A stretch of 63,487 nucleotides of DNA, the filler included, from Perkinsus chesapeaki ATCC PRA-425 (taxonomy: Eukaryota; Protista; Perkinsozoa), in assembly GCA_013115145.1 (NCBI GenBank). It is 7 parts of 7 records of this genome, joined end to end, with 100 filler letters (N's around TTAATTAATTAA, not from the genome) between each part and the next. Parts side by side here need not be neighbours in the genome. Positions count along the whole stretch, not along the records: positions 39,877 to 45,485 come from JAAPAO010001140.1; positions 45,586 to 49,085 come from JAAPAO010001401.1; positions 49,186 to 54,074 come from JAAPAO010001216.1; 4 more parts are not named here. The stretch is one strand, 5' to 3'. The notes beneath the pieces were generated by a model that saw nothing but the letters and a program-made list of their open reading frames with translations, was not told the DNA's origin and did no database searches. Shown here piece by piece: positions 41,748-52,645 of this stretch (position 1 is the first letter of the stretch; every line of letters begins with the position of its first letter). The position numbers were made by a program, and so were the translations under genes.

Positions 41748-43848
41748 TTATACCTTATTTAATTTATTAATAATAACATTGTATAAATCTAACGGTAATG
41801 GACATGTTGTTATCAATGGTTCTTCATTATTATTTCTTATATTTTGCGTTGAATCTTTACCTAATAATAATATAACAACATTATTAATAATAATGCAATT
41901 TACAGTCTGCTCGACAATTGTCCAGCGCCGATCTGCATGAGTTAACTATCGAATATGAGAAGAAGAATTGGTAGCATTCGAAGGTGAAATTGAGCGACTC
42001 TGTCGGTATGGAGCTTAGGAGGGGGGTGAGGGAAGTACTAGACAAGAACCAAACGTTCGATGCCGACAAGTAGAGTGCGTCGGCGGTGGCCACGCAGGAT
42101 GTCGCTGTAAGGGACCGTAGTCGAAGGGCTCCCTCATTTTGCCAAGCACCTTTGAATGCACCATTACTCAGTAGTTGTGTCCGCATAGATGAGCCCGGGC
42201 TCCTCTACCCCGACCCCTGTTTCCTGCATACAGCCACTAGAGAATTTTAGGGGGCTTGAAAAAGCGAAAACTGAGAGCTCCTCCGGCGGCGGTCGAAGGG
42301 CTGAACCGCAAGCGATGCCGAAGCATGGTAGAGTCGTTTCGCTGTCGTTGGTGGCAATAACCATCGAGAATCAAGGAATCGATAGGGTAGTACTAAAGTA
42401 GTAGGCTTATTAGTTTTGGGAGGGCCAGGCTGAGGTCGAGTTGAGTGTGAATTTGCCATTTCAGATGATTGAAGCAGCTTCCAAAAGGCTGCCGACGATT
42501 GACTTTTAACTGTGCCAACTACGGTACGATGTTCAAGCCATAATGGAGCCACGTGCATGCCGCCATTCTGCAAATTACAATACCGGTGCTGCCTGGGTGA
42601 TGTATCATTCGATCAGGTTGTTGATGAGGTTGAGAAATACGAGATAACAGTTTAACAATTAACGCTTGGACGGCGGCAAAAGTTGAATTCCTTCTCCTCC
42701 TTACATGACGTGATAGGTCATAGCTGAGATTAGTCGTATAGCCCAGCCGGATGGAAAGGCCAACAACAAATTTCACCTTCGAATGCTACCAATTCTTCTT
42801 CTCATATTCGATCGTTAACTCATGCAGATCGGCGGAGGCGGCGCTGGACAATTGTCGAGCAGACTGTCGGTGCTGTATAGCTGAGTTACTTACCCATAGA
42901 TGTAGTGATTATATTATTATATTTATTAGTATGTGATATTATTTGTAATGATGATGGTTGATAAAATGCTATTAACCAAGCATGTAAGAATAATCTTGGA
43001 CACCATCTAATATCATCATTATATTCATTATTTGATCTTATATATCTAATAATAATACAGTATAACAATAACGACAATACCATAGTATTACTTATAATCG
43101 GATACAATAGGATGACCAATATGACTCATATGTACTCTTATTTGATGTGTTCTTCCTGTTATTATCTCAACTTCTAGTAATGATACCTTTTCTTGTACTA
43201 AACAATATCTATATAAACAACTATACTGTACTAACAATTATTATTATCATTACTACTTATGTTTTTTAACATTAATTGTATATTTATTAATAAGTCTCCA
43301 TTTAGTTATAGCTTCTTTACCTCCCCCTTCTCCTTCTCCTCCTCCTTGTCCTATATAACTTGTTAATGTATTATTATTTTCAATTGTATATATTAATGTA
43401 TTTATTATACCATTATTATTATTCATATGACCATGTACCAAACATATATATCTTTTTAATATTAATCTATTTTTAAATTGATGCAATAATTGATAATATA
43501 TACTATAATTATGTGCCACCATAACTATACCACTGGTAAATATATCCAATCTATGTATAAATCCACATTGTACTGACATATCATTATTAATATTACCCAT
43601 ATTTATATACTTTTTAACAAACTCAACCTACAACAAGTCAACAACAACAACAACTATAAATATATCATTATCATTACTGCTGCACATGATGTTGCTGTTG
43701 TATTATCTGACTTATTATATCCTTTCTTCTTCTCCTTCATATCATCAATTATTCTTGATGATGATGATGATGTACAAGTATATCCCGGAGGTTTATATAA
43801 TATACTTAATATAGGTAAAGTATCACTAATAATAATATTATCAAACAT
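41748..43848 (-). CDS. RluA/RluD-family RNA pseudouridine synthase (catalytic part; may extend 5' to about 45180)
   Basis: [19 protein letters not shown] (catalytic Asp), [39 protein letters not shown], and final exon [17 protein letters not shown] (stop 41748-41750). Confidence 0.9.
41903..42875. mobile_element. 973-bp non-autonomous Tc1/mariner-type TIR element in the last intron of the pseudouridine synthase
   Basis: About 90-108 bp TIRs, CAG...CTG termini, TA on both flanks (41901-41902, 42876-42877). GC-richer than the flanks. Removing it restores a 58-bp GT-AG intron. Confidence 0.85.
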
Positions 43849-44136
43849 AACGTAGTATTATAATAATCCTCCTCCTCCTCCTCCTTATTATTATTATACC
43901 AACGACGCCTGCTTATTTATTACCTTCTTAAATGTATTGGTCTATTATAATTAGGTGTAGGTATATTTATATTATTATAAGTATTAATAATATCATCTAT
44001 TGATAATGGTTTAATATGCTTAACCATTGGTATACCATCTACACCATGACTACCATTATTACCCAATAAATCCCCTAAAGGCCTTCCTAATGGATACTTT
44101 ATAGCAATACCACCTACCATTACAAATACAACTATA

Positions 44137-44167
<31 letters not shown>

Positions 44168-45234
44168 TAATAATAATAATGATACATACTATTATTATTA
44201 TCATCCTTATTATTATTAATTAACATTCTTCTTTTTCTCTTCTTAATAATAGGTGTAGGTACATTATATAGACCTTTATAATGATAATAATAATGATAAT
44301 ATATGATTATTTTATTATTATTATTATTACTATCCTTATCCCTATTCATATTTAATATAATTATGAATACCAACTGCTGTTGCTGCAGCTGCTGCTGCAG
44401 GGATATGATGATAATAATAATAAGCTATTACTATACATACAGCTATACCACAATAACAACAACAACAAGAACAGCAAGAGCAAACACCACCGTTACCACC
44501 ACTTCTCCTCCTCATTCCTGTGACTACCCTACAAGGACTTACTATCATCATCAGAGTACTGCTCTAGCCCCTGCTTTATTATTATAACACAAACAACAAC
44601 AACAACTCTTAACCTACGACGACGACGTCAATGTCAACAATAACATGTTTTCTTCTTCTTCTTCTTCTCCTTCTTCTTGTTGTTAGGAGGATGATGATGA
44701 TGTTACTTTATCATAATAATGATATTATATAATATGCCTAATAATATTATTTTACTAATACTTTCATTATTACCACTACTTCATCAGGTGTTAATAATTT
44801 AGTATACCCACCATCATCACCATCATCATCATCATGCACCTCTTCATTTAATACTCCTTCCATCATATCACCTCCATCATCATAGTAACAACAACAACAC
44901 AACCACTGTAAAGATGATGATGATGATGATGAGGGGAAGGAGGGGGAGGTATGTCCCCCCACCTCTCCACTGTATGATATTTCCTTATATTTTATACTAT
45001 TATATCCATAACCATTATTATCATTATTATATTCCTTATTAGGCTTAATGTTATTATCATCATAAATACTCTTACTATCACCATTCTGTATTCTTCCTGT
45101 ATCCCTACTATATTGTTTAATCTTAATATTATCATATCTATTTAATTCATCTTCTAATAATCCCTCCAGTATATTCAAAGTCTTCCACCATTCATCATCA
45201 TCATCATCATCAATTACAACAACAACATCAATAC

Positions 45235-45485
45235 TCTTATTATCATCATTATTATTATCCCACCCCTCCTCCTCCTTATTATTATTATCCCACCCCTCCT
45301 CCTCATTATTATTATCCCACCCCTCCTCCTCCTTATTATTATTATCCCACCCCTCCTCCTCCTTATTATTATTATCCCACCCCTCCTCCTCCTCATTATT
45401 ATTATTATTATCCCACCCCTCCTCCTCCTTATTATTATTATCCCATCCCTCCTCCTCCTCCTTATTATTATTATTATCCCACCCC
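45235..45485. repeat. 27-30-bp tandem repeat running to the contig end
   Basis: About 8 copies of ATTATTATCCCACCCCTCCTCCTCCTT with a variable number of ATT triplets. Confidence 0.9.
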
Positions 45486-45585
45486 NNNNNNNNNNNNNNN
45501 NNNNNNNNNNNNNNNNNNNNNNNNNNNNNTTAATTAATTAANNNNNNNNNNNNNNNNNNNNNNNNNNNNNNNNNNNNNNNNNNNN
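45486..45585. other. Artificial contig linker
   Basis: 44 N + TTAATTAATTAA + 44 N. Confidence 0.97.
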
Positions 45586-45666
45586 TGCGCATAGTGCGCC
45601 ACCGTTGTGCTGAACACAGTGCCTCTCCGAGGTTCATCATATCCGACTCGAGGATCATGCCCTCCC
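45586..45666 (-). mobile_element. Polypurine tract and start of the 3' LTR
   Basis: On the minus strand, GGGGAGG (45666-45660) lies just past the integrase stop, followed by CA then TG (45657-45656). The contig ends 72 bp into the putative LTR. Confidence 0.5.
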
Positions 45667-45688
45667 CAAGTCGGTACAGTCGACTTCA

Positions 45689-48600
45689 CTACTCATACTG
45701 CAACCGGATTAAATTCCGGGTAGACTCAACTTTCTCCTTAGCGTCTACCTGGATAAGATAGCTATATGGTGATTTCCGGGCCAGAACTTTCCCGACCCGA
45801 TAGGGGTTGTCATACTTATTGGCACTATATCTTACCAGCGCCAAATCCCCTACTTCCAAAGACTCACTATTATCCGGATTCTTCCGGGATTTAACAGCTC
45901 CGCTCTTCTGGCTTTTCAACTTAAGCTCTGACCACCGACTTTCCATTATCAGTGTTCGAACAGCTCTGGCAACTTTAACCCCCAACTCAGGGGGTGCAAA
46001 AGGGTTCGTAGGTCTTGTGTAACCCCGCACCAATGTATCGTAGGTTACAACTTCTTCTCGCTGGTTTACCCGTGCTCCAACTGGCCGAGTATTCAGCAGC
46101 AGAGTAACATAGTCTAGAACAGCTTGAGTCAGCTTGGATGGGGACGCCTGGTTGGCTTTTAAGAACAATGACCGTACCCTGCGCATTCCCAGATCATGTA
46201 ACTTCTCGATCTTTCCTTGCATCCAGGGAGATCGAGACTTAGCATATACCACGGTAACATTTAGAGACTTCATGGCATCTCGGAATCTGTCACTTTGAAA
46301 GTAGCTGGCGGTGTCTACATGCATGTACTTAACCGAGTGGCCAACACGAGTAAGCAACGCATGGTAGGCTCTCACCGCCCCTTGAATAGATTCAGCTTCG
46401 GCCAGGATCCACTCGGTAGCTCCCGTCGCCAGACAGACTGTAGTAAACGCCTTTATATGCCCTCCCAAGGCTAGAAAGTCGCAATACACTACAGTGAATG
46501 GCAGCCCTTCTTCTATTAGCCGTTTCATATCGTAGCTATGTGATCCGACAGCCAACGTCCATCTTGGCTTTGAATGAACTATTTGGCACCCCGGACACTT
46601 ATCCAGGTAACTACGTATAGCCTCCCGTAGTCCCTCGACATAGAAAGTGTGGACCTTGGCCGCCGTAGCATCTACTGATCCATGGCTGGTCGCTCGGTGA
46701 GCTTCGCTCACTATCAGGCGGACCAACCGTGGGGAAGTTCTTAGCGGGATAATGGGGCGATACTCTATCGATTGGCTAAGCGTGTACACTTTCATATACG
46801 CTACTCCATCCCGCAAAGCAATCACATCCGCTTCCTTTGGTTCATAGTTGGCATAGCGGGCCCCTTGTGCGGTTCGAGCCAGTGCCAACGTGTCGGCCTC
46901 GGCACCGCGTTCTGGGACAACAACCTTCAGCTTCGCGGAGTTCTTGAGCCGCTTGGACTGTCTAAAGCCCGCTACGGCCCTCTCTCCTTTGTTAATCTCC
47001 GCATTCTGTTTGAGGATATGTAGCACAGTCCTGACGTATGCCACGCCCGTCGCCGCCTCTTGCACTGTCCTACAACCTTCGGCCACCCTATCTGCTAAAT
47101 GATGGGTATCCATTTCTTTTTCATCTAGTATAATGTCGAGCATCTCCCAGATTTGGAGCTTCGATTCTGTGGCAGCTTCCGCCACGTTCCAGACTCTGTC
47201 CTNNNNNNNNNNNNNNNNNNNNNNNNNNNNNNNNNNNNNNNNNNNNNNNNNNNNNNNNNNNNNNNNNNNNNNNNNNNNNNNNNNNNNNNNNNNNNNNCTA
47301 AGGCACGCCGTTCCACTGCTTTGCTCACCAATATCTGGTTATCAATCCCCGTCGACGTACACCACTGCACCGTAGCTTTATTGTCGAATGACAGAACAAC
47401 TTTAGACGGTACATATGGCTTCAAGTGGTCCCGTCGAACTTGTAGAAGGTCGACCACTGCTTGCACGCACCGTAGAGCAGCTGCCAGCTCTCTTCGGTTG
47501 GAATGCCACCTCCTGTGCTTCTGTCGCCATGCTTCGAACCACAGTGGAACGCGAGCACTTTCTGGGCTGTCTTTGCTTCGACAGTATATCACAAACCCCC
47601 CTCCCACGAGAGAGGCATCTGCAAACCCTTCTATGAGAAGTTCGCTCGCATCGTACAGTGGAGATAGATGGGCGCACCCTGTCGGCTCATCTAGCCCCGC
47701 CCGGCCCAGCTCCCCTACCCACTTCATAACAGCTTCGTATCGGGCTTTCTGGGTGCCTTCCAGCTTAACTGGGGCGTACCATTCCGGCCAACCCGCGGTC
47801 ATGGAACGGACTTCATCTGCTACATATCTTTCGACTGGATGCTGCTTGAGCGGGTCGTATGACAGGTTTCCCGCCAGTGAGTACATCTGAGCTTTAGATG
47901 GTTCACCCTGGGATGCTAGAAAGGCCATACACTCATTTAACCGCCCTTCTCTCTGACAGCTCGTTGTAAGCATCGGGGTGTCCCCTACCTTGCTGTAGGA
48001 CACTTCGCAACTAAGTATCTCTGCTGCTCGAACGACTGGAATCTCTGCCTCAGCTAGATCCTCATCGCAGTCCAAGCTGGTTATGGCCTTGAATTTCAAC
48101 AGCGCTATCGCGAACCCCATCAGCCGGAGCAGTATCACGATTATCCGCAACACCGGGCCAATCTTTCTCCCGGCTACCGACAGATCGTCTACGAACAACA
48201 AGCAGATAAGGTAGATAGCCATGGCAACAATGGCCGGCTCCTCTTCTACCGCCGCAATAGCACTGCCGCCCGAGGAGAAAAGCCCGGCTGGCCCCCACTG
48301 AACTCCGAAGGGCATTCGAGTTGTCTCCCACAACTCGTTCGCCTTCAGTACCAGAGGTGGGTCCTGCCTGATTCTATAAAATGCGGACTTTATATCCGCA
48401 AATGCAACTTTCGGAGGCCCTAGCATTCGCAGATTCAGCAGTAAGAGCCATATCTTCAGCGAGGGGGAAGAGCTTTTGGGGAACAACTTATTTAGTGGTC
48501 GGCAGTCTATGACTAGCCGCGGCTTTTTGGCCTTGGTCAGTAGGAAAACTTGACTCAGGGGCAGCTCAGCTGGTTGCCCTTCCCTGGGCGTTGTCTTTTC

Positions 48601-49085
48601 AGCACTTCGGCGCACCCACCAGCCTGATTGTATGTATTCGCCGACGAGTTCGTCAAATTTTATTCTATTCTCACTCGACAGCTTGTGGTACAGGGGTGCG
48701 CCATATTGAGGCCCCAACTCGTATGGGCCATTGCTTGGAGGGGAAGGGATCAAGATTTCCCACGTGTGTGTTTGCTCAGGGGTGTCTTTCGGCTCCCCCT
48801 CCGCTAGTGGACGTAGGGTTATATCAAAGGATGGGGTGAGGGCCATTGGCCTGGTGCCCTCCAACTTCAAAAGAATCTGCTGTGTTAAGGCTAGCTCGTC
48901 GGCGGACGGTACCAGAGCTATTGTACCTTCATCCTGGTGGGGCCTAGGAAGGGCCATATGTGGCAGCGTGGGAGCGCAAATAGGAGTACAGCTGTCAATT
49001 TTACTCACTACGTGCGATACCTTTTTTGGGTTTCCTCTATCAGCTTCAGGCTTATTGTATATTAGGGCGTTATTATAGATCAGCT
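45689..49085 (-). mobile_element. LTR retrotransposon pol (RT-RNaseH-integrase), BEL/Pao-like
   Basis: RT: KPRLVIDCRPLN, ADIKSAFY, MPFG, FVDD. RNaseH: FADAS, NRRELAA, FDNKA. Integrase: H-x4-H...CPGC, YCDF, HVDTASYF, SPWMQGKIE, LEVGDLALV. The frame is open to the contig edge; the only break is at the 95-N gap (47203-47297). Confidence 0.9.
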
Positions 49086-49185
49086 NNNNNNNNNNNNNNN
49101 NNNNNNNNNNNNNNNNNNNNNNNNNNNNNTTAATTAATTAANNNNNNNNNNNNNNNNNNNNNNNNNNNNNNNNNNNNNNNNNNNN
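49086..49185. other. Artificial contig linker
   Basis: 44 N + TTAATTAATTAA + 44 N. Confidence 0.97.
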
Positions 49186-49224
49186 TATCTCATATTAGGT
49201 TGTTTTCCACCGCGTTTTTGATCT

Positions 49225-50325
49225 ATGGCTGGCGACGATGAGGTTCCTGTTGAGGAGGCTGTGGTGATGGTTCCCTTGCATGATGACGTGGCAGCTCTCA
49301 TCAAGGCGCTCGCTCCGTCTGAAGTGGTCGCGAAGGAGCTGTCGGACGCCCTCTCCAAGGAATCGTTGACGTCGGCCCCCCTGCTTGGGTCACTATCGCA
49401 ACAGGTCAAGGACAAGATCAGCAACGCGGTGTCGATCGCGGCAGGCGCTACTTTGGCGGCAGTGTGCGAGGAGATCGGTGCCGTCGCTAAGAAAAGGCGC
49501 AAGCTCAATGCTGAGGTGGAGGCTGGGCAGAGCGCCATCCCAGTTACTGCTATTGTAGAAAGAGCGCTAAAGAACTACCAGTCACCCTTACCATCGAGCC
49601 TATTCTATGATCTACCGCCGGCAGTCGTGCTGGCCGCTGGGAACCCACGTAATGGTTGCTATGTTAATTTCCGCGATCTGCTGGGGTCGAAGGATGGATC
49701 AACCGTAACTCAGAAGGAAGCTTCGTCTAACGGTACCCAGGAGTCAGTTGGCGCGCCTCCCGGTAAAAATGCCAAAAGTAAGTCCCCGTCTCTGCCCGAC
49801 TTTTGTCGCTGTGCGTTGAGGTTTAGCTCGTTGGTGGCCGGTTTGGTTGACCCATCGATTTTGGGGCCGGTGGACGTCGCATCGTATGTCCAGCGGGTCT
49901 TGTCGTTGAGCCCGATGCTGACGGCGGAGCAGATCTGGTCGTATGACGACATGTACCGCAAAAGCTTATCGGCCATCATCGCTAACAGCGCGGTCTCGGG
50001 TGCGCCGATATCCCTTCGCCAGTGTTTCGTGTCCGATGTGAACCCCGGCTTGTTGTCTGAGTGGGCCAGTCGCGCAGTGGCTGCTGCCACCTCGCAGCGC
50101 TCCTCCAGAAGGGATGCTTCCTACCAGGCCAAGTCACAAGAGCTGTGTCGGGCCTACAAGAGCGGCAATTGCCGTTTTGGTGACCGTTGTCACTACAAGC
50201 ACGAAGGGTCCGCCAGGCCCTCGAACTCGATCTCTCAGCCTACCGACAAGTTGGGCCGCGGCTCTAGCCGTCAGTCCAGTGCTGAGGCATCTAAGAAGTC
50301 CCCAGGATCAGCCGAAAGTAAATAA
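49225..50325 (+). CDS. Gag-like ORF1 with CCCH zinc finger
   Basis: CRAYKSGNCRFGDRCHYKH (C-x7-C-x5-C-x3-H); lies upstream of RT. Confidence 0.85.
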   Translation: MAGDDEVPVEEAVVMVPLHDDVAALIKALAPSEVVAKELSDALSKESLTSAPLLGSLSQQVKDKISNAVSIAAGATLAAVCEEIGAVAKKRRKLNAEVEAGQSAIPVTAIVERALKNYQSPLPSSLFYDLPPAVVLAAGNPRNGCYVNFRDLLGSKDGSTVTQKEASSNGTQESVGAPPGKNAKSKSPSLPDFCRCALRFSSLVAGLVDPSILGPVDVASYVQRVLSLSPMLTAEQIWSYDDMYRKSLSAIIANSAVSGAPISLRQCFVSDVNPGLLSEWASRAVAAATSQRSSRRDASYQAKSQELCRAYKSGNCRFGDRCHYKHEGSARPSNSISQPTDKLGRGSSRQSSAEASKKSPGSAESK

Positions 50326-50356
50326 GCGGGCCGTGTAGCCCTAATAGCTACTTAGG

Positions 50357-52546
50357 TTGCTAGTTTCCACCTACTCAGGTGCGAATTGCGTTAATAGCCC
50401 AGTGGCCCCTGCGAAGGAGCAATCCGATCTGGTCAGTCAACACGCCACAGAGTTGCGTGAACAGGCTCGCCGTGACGAAGCCGAGGTCTTAGTAAAAGTC
50501 GGGTATCAGGATGGTACGGGCCTGGGCGCGGCACTGCCGTCAGTTTCTGTCGGGGAAGCCTGCCACCAGGGTACTCGTGGGTTGGCCGACCTGTTTCGCG
50601 CTGAAGCTCAGGCCATCGTGGACGCCGGCGTGCTTCAGGGGGTCAGGGGCAGTGTGGCCCCAGAGCAAATCCCATCGATAGCTCAGGCATTCGACGATGC
50701 CGAGAAGAGGTTGGTTCCGAAACTGTGCGAGCTCCTCAAGTGCTCTTCTCGCCAATCGGAGTGTGGAAGCCCCGTTCGAGCGGAGCTAGGCCGGGCACTG
50801 GCGGAGGCCTTGGGAGATCCAGATTCTAAAGTTTTCGATGAGATAGACAGCGGGCTGAGCCTCGGGGTATCGGAACCCATACGGCCTTCGGGAATATTCC
50901 CTAAGGCCAAGGACAAAAAGACTCTGAACAAGTCGATGGAACGCTTCAACATTAAACGGGCGCATCACAACTTTGCTTCCGTGGATGCGGACCCAGACGT
51001 CTGCCTGGTCCTTCTGAGGCGGGAAGTGGCACTTGGCAGGATGCGCGAGATGCCGGAATCTGAGGCGGCACTTAACGACCAGAGGCTGTATGCCCGAGTG
51101 GGTCTCATTCCGAAAGGAGACGGGAGTTACCGCATTATAGAAGACCATACCTTTAGTGGTCTGAACGGTAGGTGCAAACTTTCGGAGACTTGTTCACTGC
51201 CTAGGGCGGTGGACCTTCGCACAGGTCTGGCGGACCTGTACAGGAAGATCCCTACTTCTCTGGGGTGCGAGGAATGCGTTCGGACGGCTTCCGAGTTGAG
51301 CACCAACGGTAACTCCTTTATAATAATGAAGTTCGATATTGAAGGTGCGTTTAAGCACCTGTTCCTGCGTGAACGGGATCGCCCTCTAACATCGTTGAAG
51401 GTCGGCGGTCGGGTGTTTCAGAGTACCGCCCTTCCTTTCGGGGCAGCTGCGAGTCCTTTCCATTGGGGCAGAACTTCAGCCGTTGTCATGAGATTGGTGG
51501 TGGCCATCTTGCGCTGCCTTTTACGCCACCACAGGTTTGTGGTGTTCATATACGTGGACGACGGTTGCCTCGTTATTCCTGAAGACTGCTACGAGCTAGC
51601 GTGTGCCGTCACGTTCCTGGTGTGGTTGGTGTTGAATATCCGCATCGCCTGGAAAAAGTGCGTATTGGGGGTCTCAGTGGTCAAGTTCATAGGCTTCAGA
51701 CTGGCAGTTGGTCCAGAGGCTCCCTCCGTCATGGTGCACGACGATACCTACAAGTCAGTTCTTGGTCTGGTTGGTAAAATGCTAGACGAGAAGCGGGTGA
51801 GGCCAAAGGATCTAGCCAAGCTCCTTGGGAAACTCATTTTCGCTACTCAGTGTATGAAAGAACTAAAGGGCTTTCTGCAGCCTCTGTTCGCTCTCCTGAA
51901 GGCGTTCGAAGGGGCGAAAAGGAAAGGAAGGTTGTTTACTGTTCGGTTGAATCAGGATAAGTCCACGGAGAAGGCTCTACGTTTCTGGCAAGAGGTGCTA
52001 TCGCGTCCCCTACTGAGAGACATCCCCCTTCCGTCGGTAGCCGGTTCGACGGTGGTGGCTGCGTCCGATGCGTCAACCACGCATATCGCGGGGTGGGCAG
52101 CTGTAGCCGATGGCGGCGTGTGGTTCCGAGTTGAAGCAACACAAGCAAGTCTGGGCCATTGGGCTAAGTACCTTAGGGCGGACGTCGCAAGCCACAGGGA
52201 TATCTCTTTCTTGGAGTGCTTGGCAGCGGCAGTGACTTTATGTCTTTGCTATCGTCTATCCGCTACCTTACAAAAGTCTGGACAGGCTGATACCAAGGTG
52301 TATTTGCTCTGTGACAACCAGGCGGTGGTAAAGGTGCTGTCGAAGTTGTATTCGCCGACGAGTATGTCAGCGGTGCTTAGGGCTATCGCGGTGTGGTTCG
52401 GCAGAATCATTGATAGAACCCACGTTGCCTACGTGGAATCGGAATCTAATTGGTTAGCGGACACGCTTTCTCGTAACGGCTCGCTCGTTTTCCCCTCTGG
52501 TTGGTCGGAAGACCTTTCACCCCTCAACTGTCTTAATGAGGAGTAA
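50357..52546 (+). CDS. Reverse transcriptase / RNase H (no ATG at the ORF start)
   Basis: YRIIEDH, DIEGAFKHL, LPFGAAASP, YVDDG; RNaseH ASDAS, ISFLECLA, CDNQAVV, NWLADTLSR. Confidence 0.93.
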   Translation: MLVSTYSGANCVNSPVAPAKEQSDLVSQHATELREQARRDEAEVLVKVGYQDGTGLGAALPSVSVGEACHQGTRGLADLFRAEAQAIVDAGVLQGVRGSVAPEQIPSIAQAFDDAEKRLVPKLCELLKCSSRQSECGSPVRAELGRALAEALGDPDSKVFDEIDSGLSLGVSEPIRPSGIFPKAKDKKTLNKSMERFNIKRAHHNFASVDADPDVCLVLLRREVALGRMREMPESEAALNDQRLYARVGLIPKGDGSYRIIEDHTFSGLNGRCKLSETCSLPRAVDLRTGLADLYRKIPTSLGCEECVRTASELSTNGNSFIIMKFDIEGAFKHLFLRERDRPLTSLKVGGRVFQSTALPFGAAASPFHWGRTSAVVMRLVVAILRCLLRHHRFVVFIYVDDGCLVIPEDCYELACAVTFLVWLVLNIRIAWKKCVLGVSVVKFIGFRLAVGPEAPSVMVHDDTYKSVLGLVGKMLDEKRVRPKDLAKLLGKLIFATQCMKELKGFLQPLFALLKAFEGAKRKGRLFTVRLNQDKSTEKALRFWQEVLSRPLLRDIPLPSVAGSTVVAASDASTTHIAGWAAVADGGVWFRVEATQASLGHWAKYLRADVASHRDISFLECLAAAVTLCLCYRLSATLQKSGQADTKVYLLCDNQAVVKVLSKLYSPTSMSAVLRAIAVWFGRIIDRTHVAYVESESNWLADTLSRNGSLVFPSGWSEDLSPLNCLNEE

Positions 52547-52645
52547 CTTCTGTTTCGGCTAAGCTATAGCTCTTTTGTCTTTGCGTGATAGAGGTTTCGG
52601 TTTCGAGCGCTACGTGTGTTGTGTTAAGGTACTCGAAAGTCAGTC

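Noticed and set aside
47125-47297. Programmed frameshift between RNaseH and integrase
   Set aside because: The frame change coincides with a 95-N gap of estimated length; a single pol ORF is simpler.
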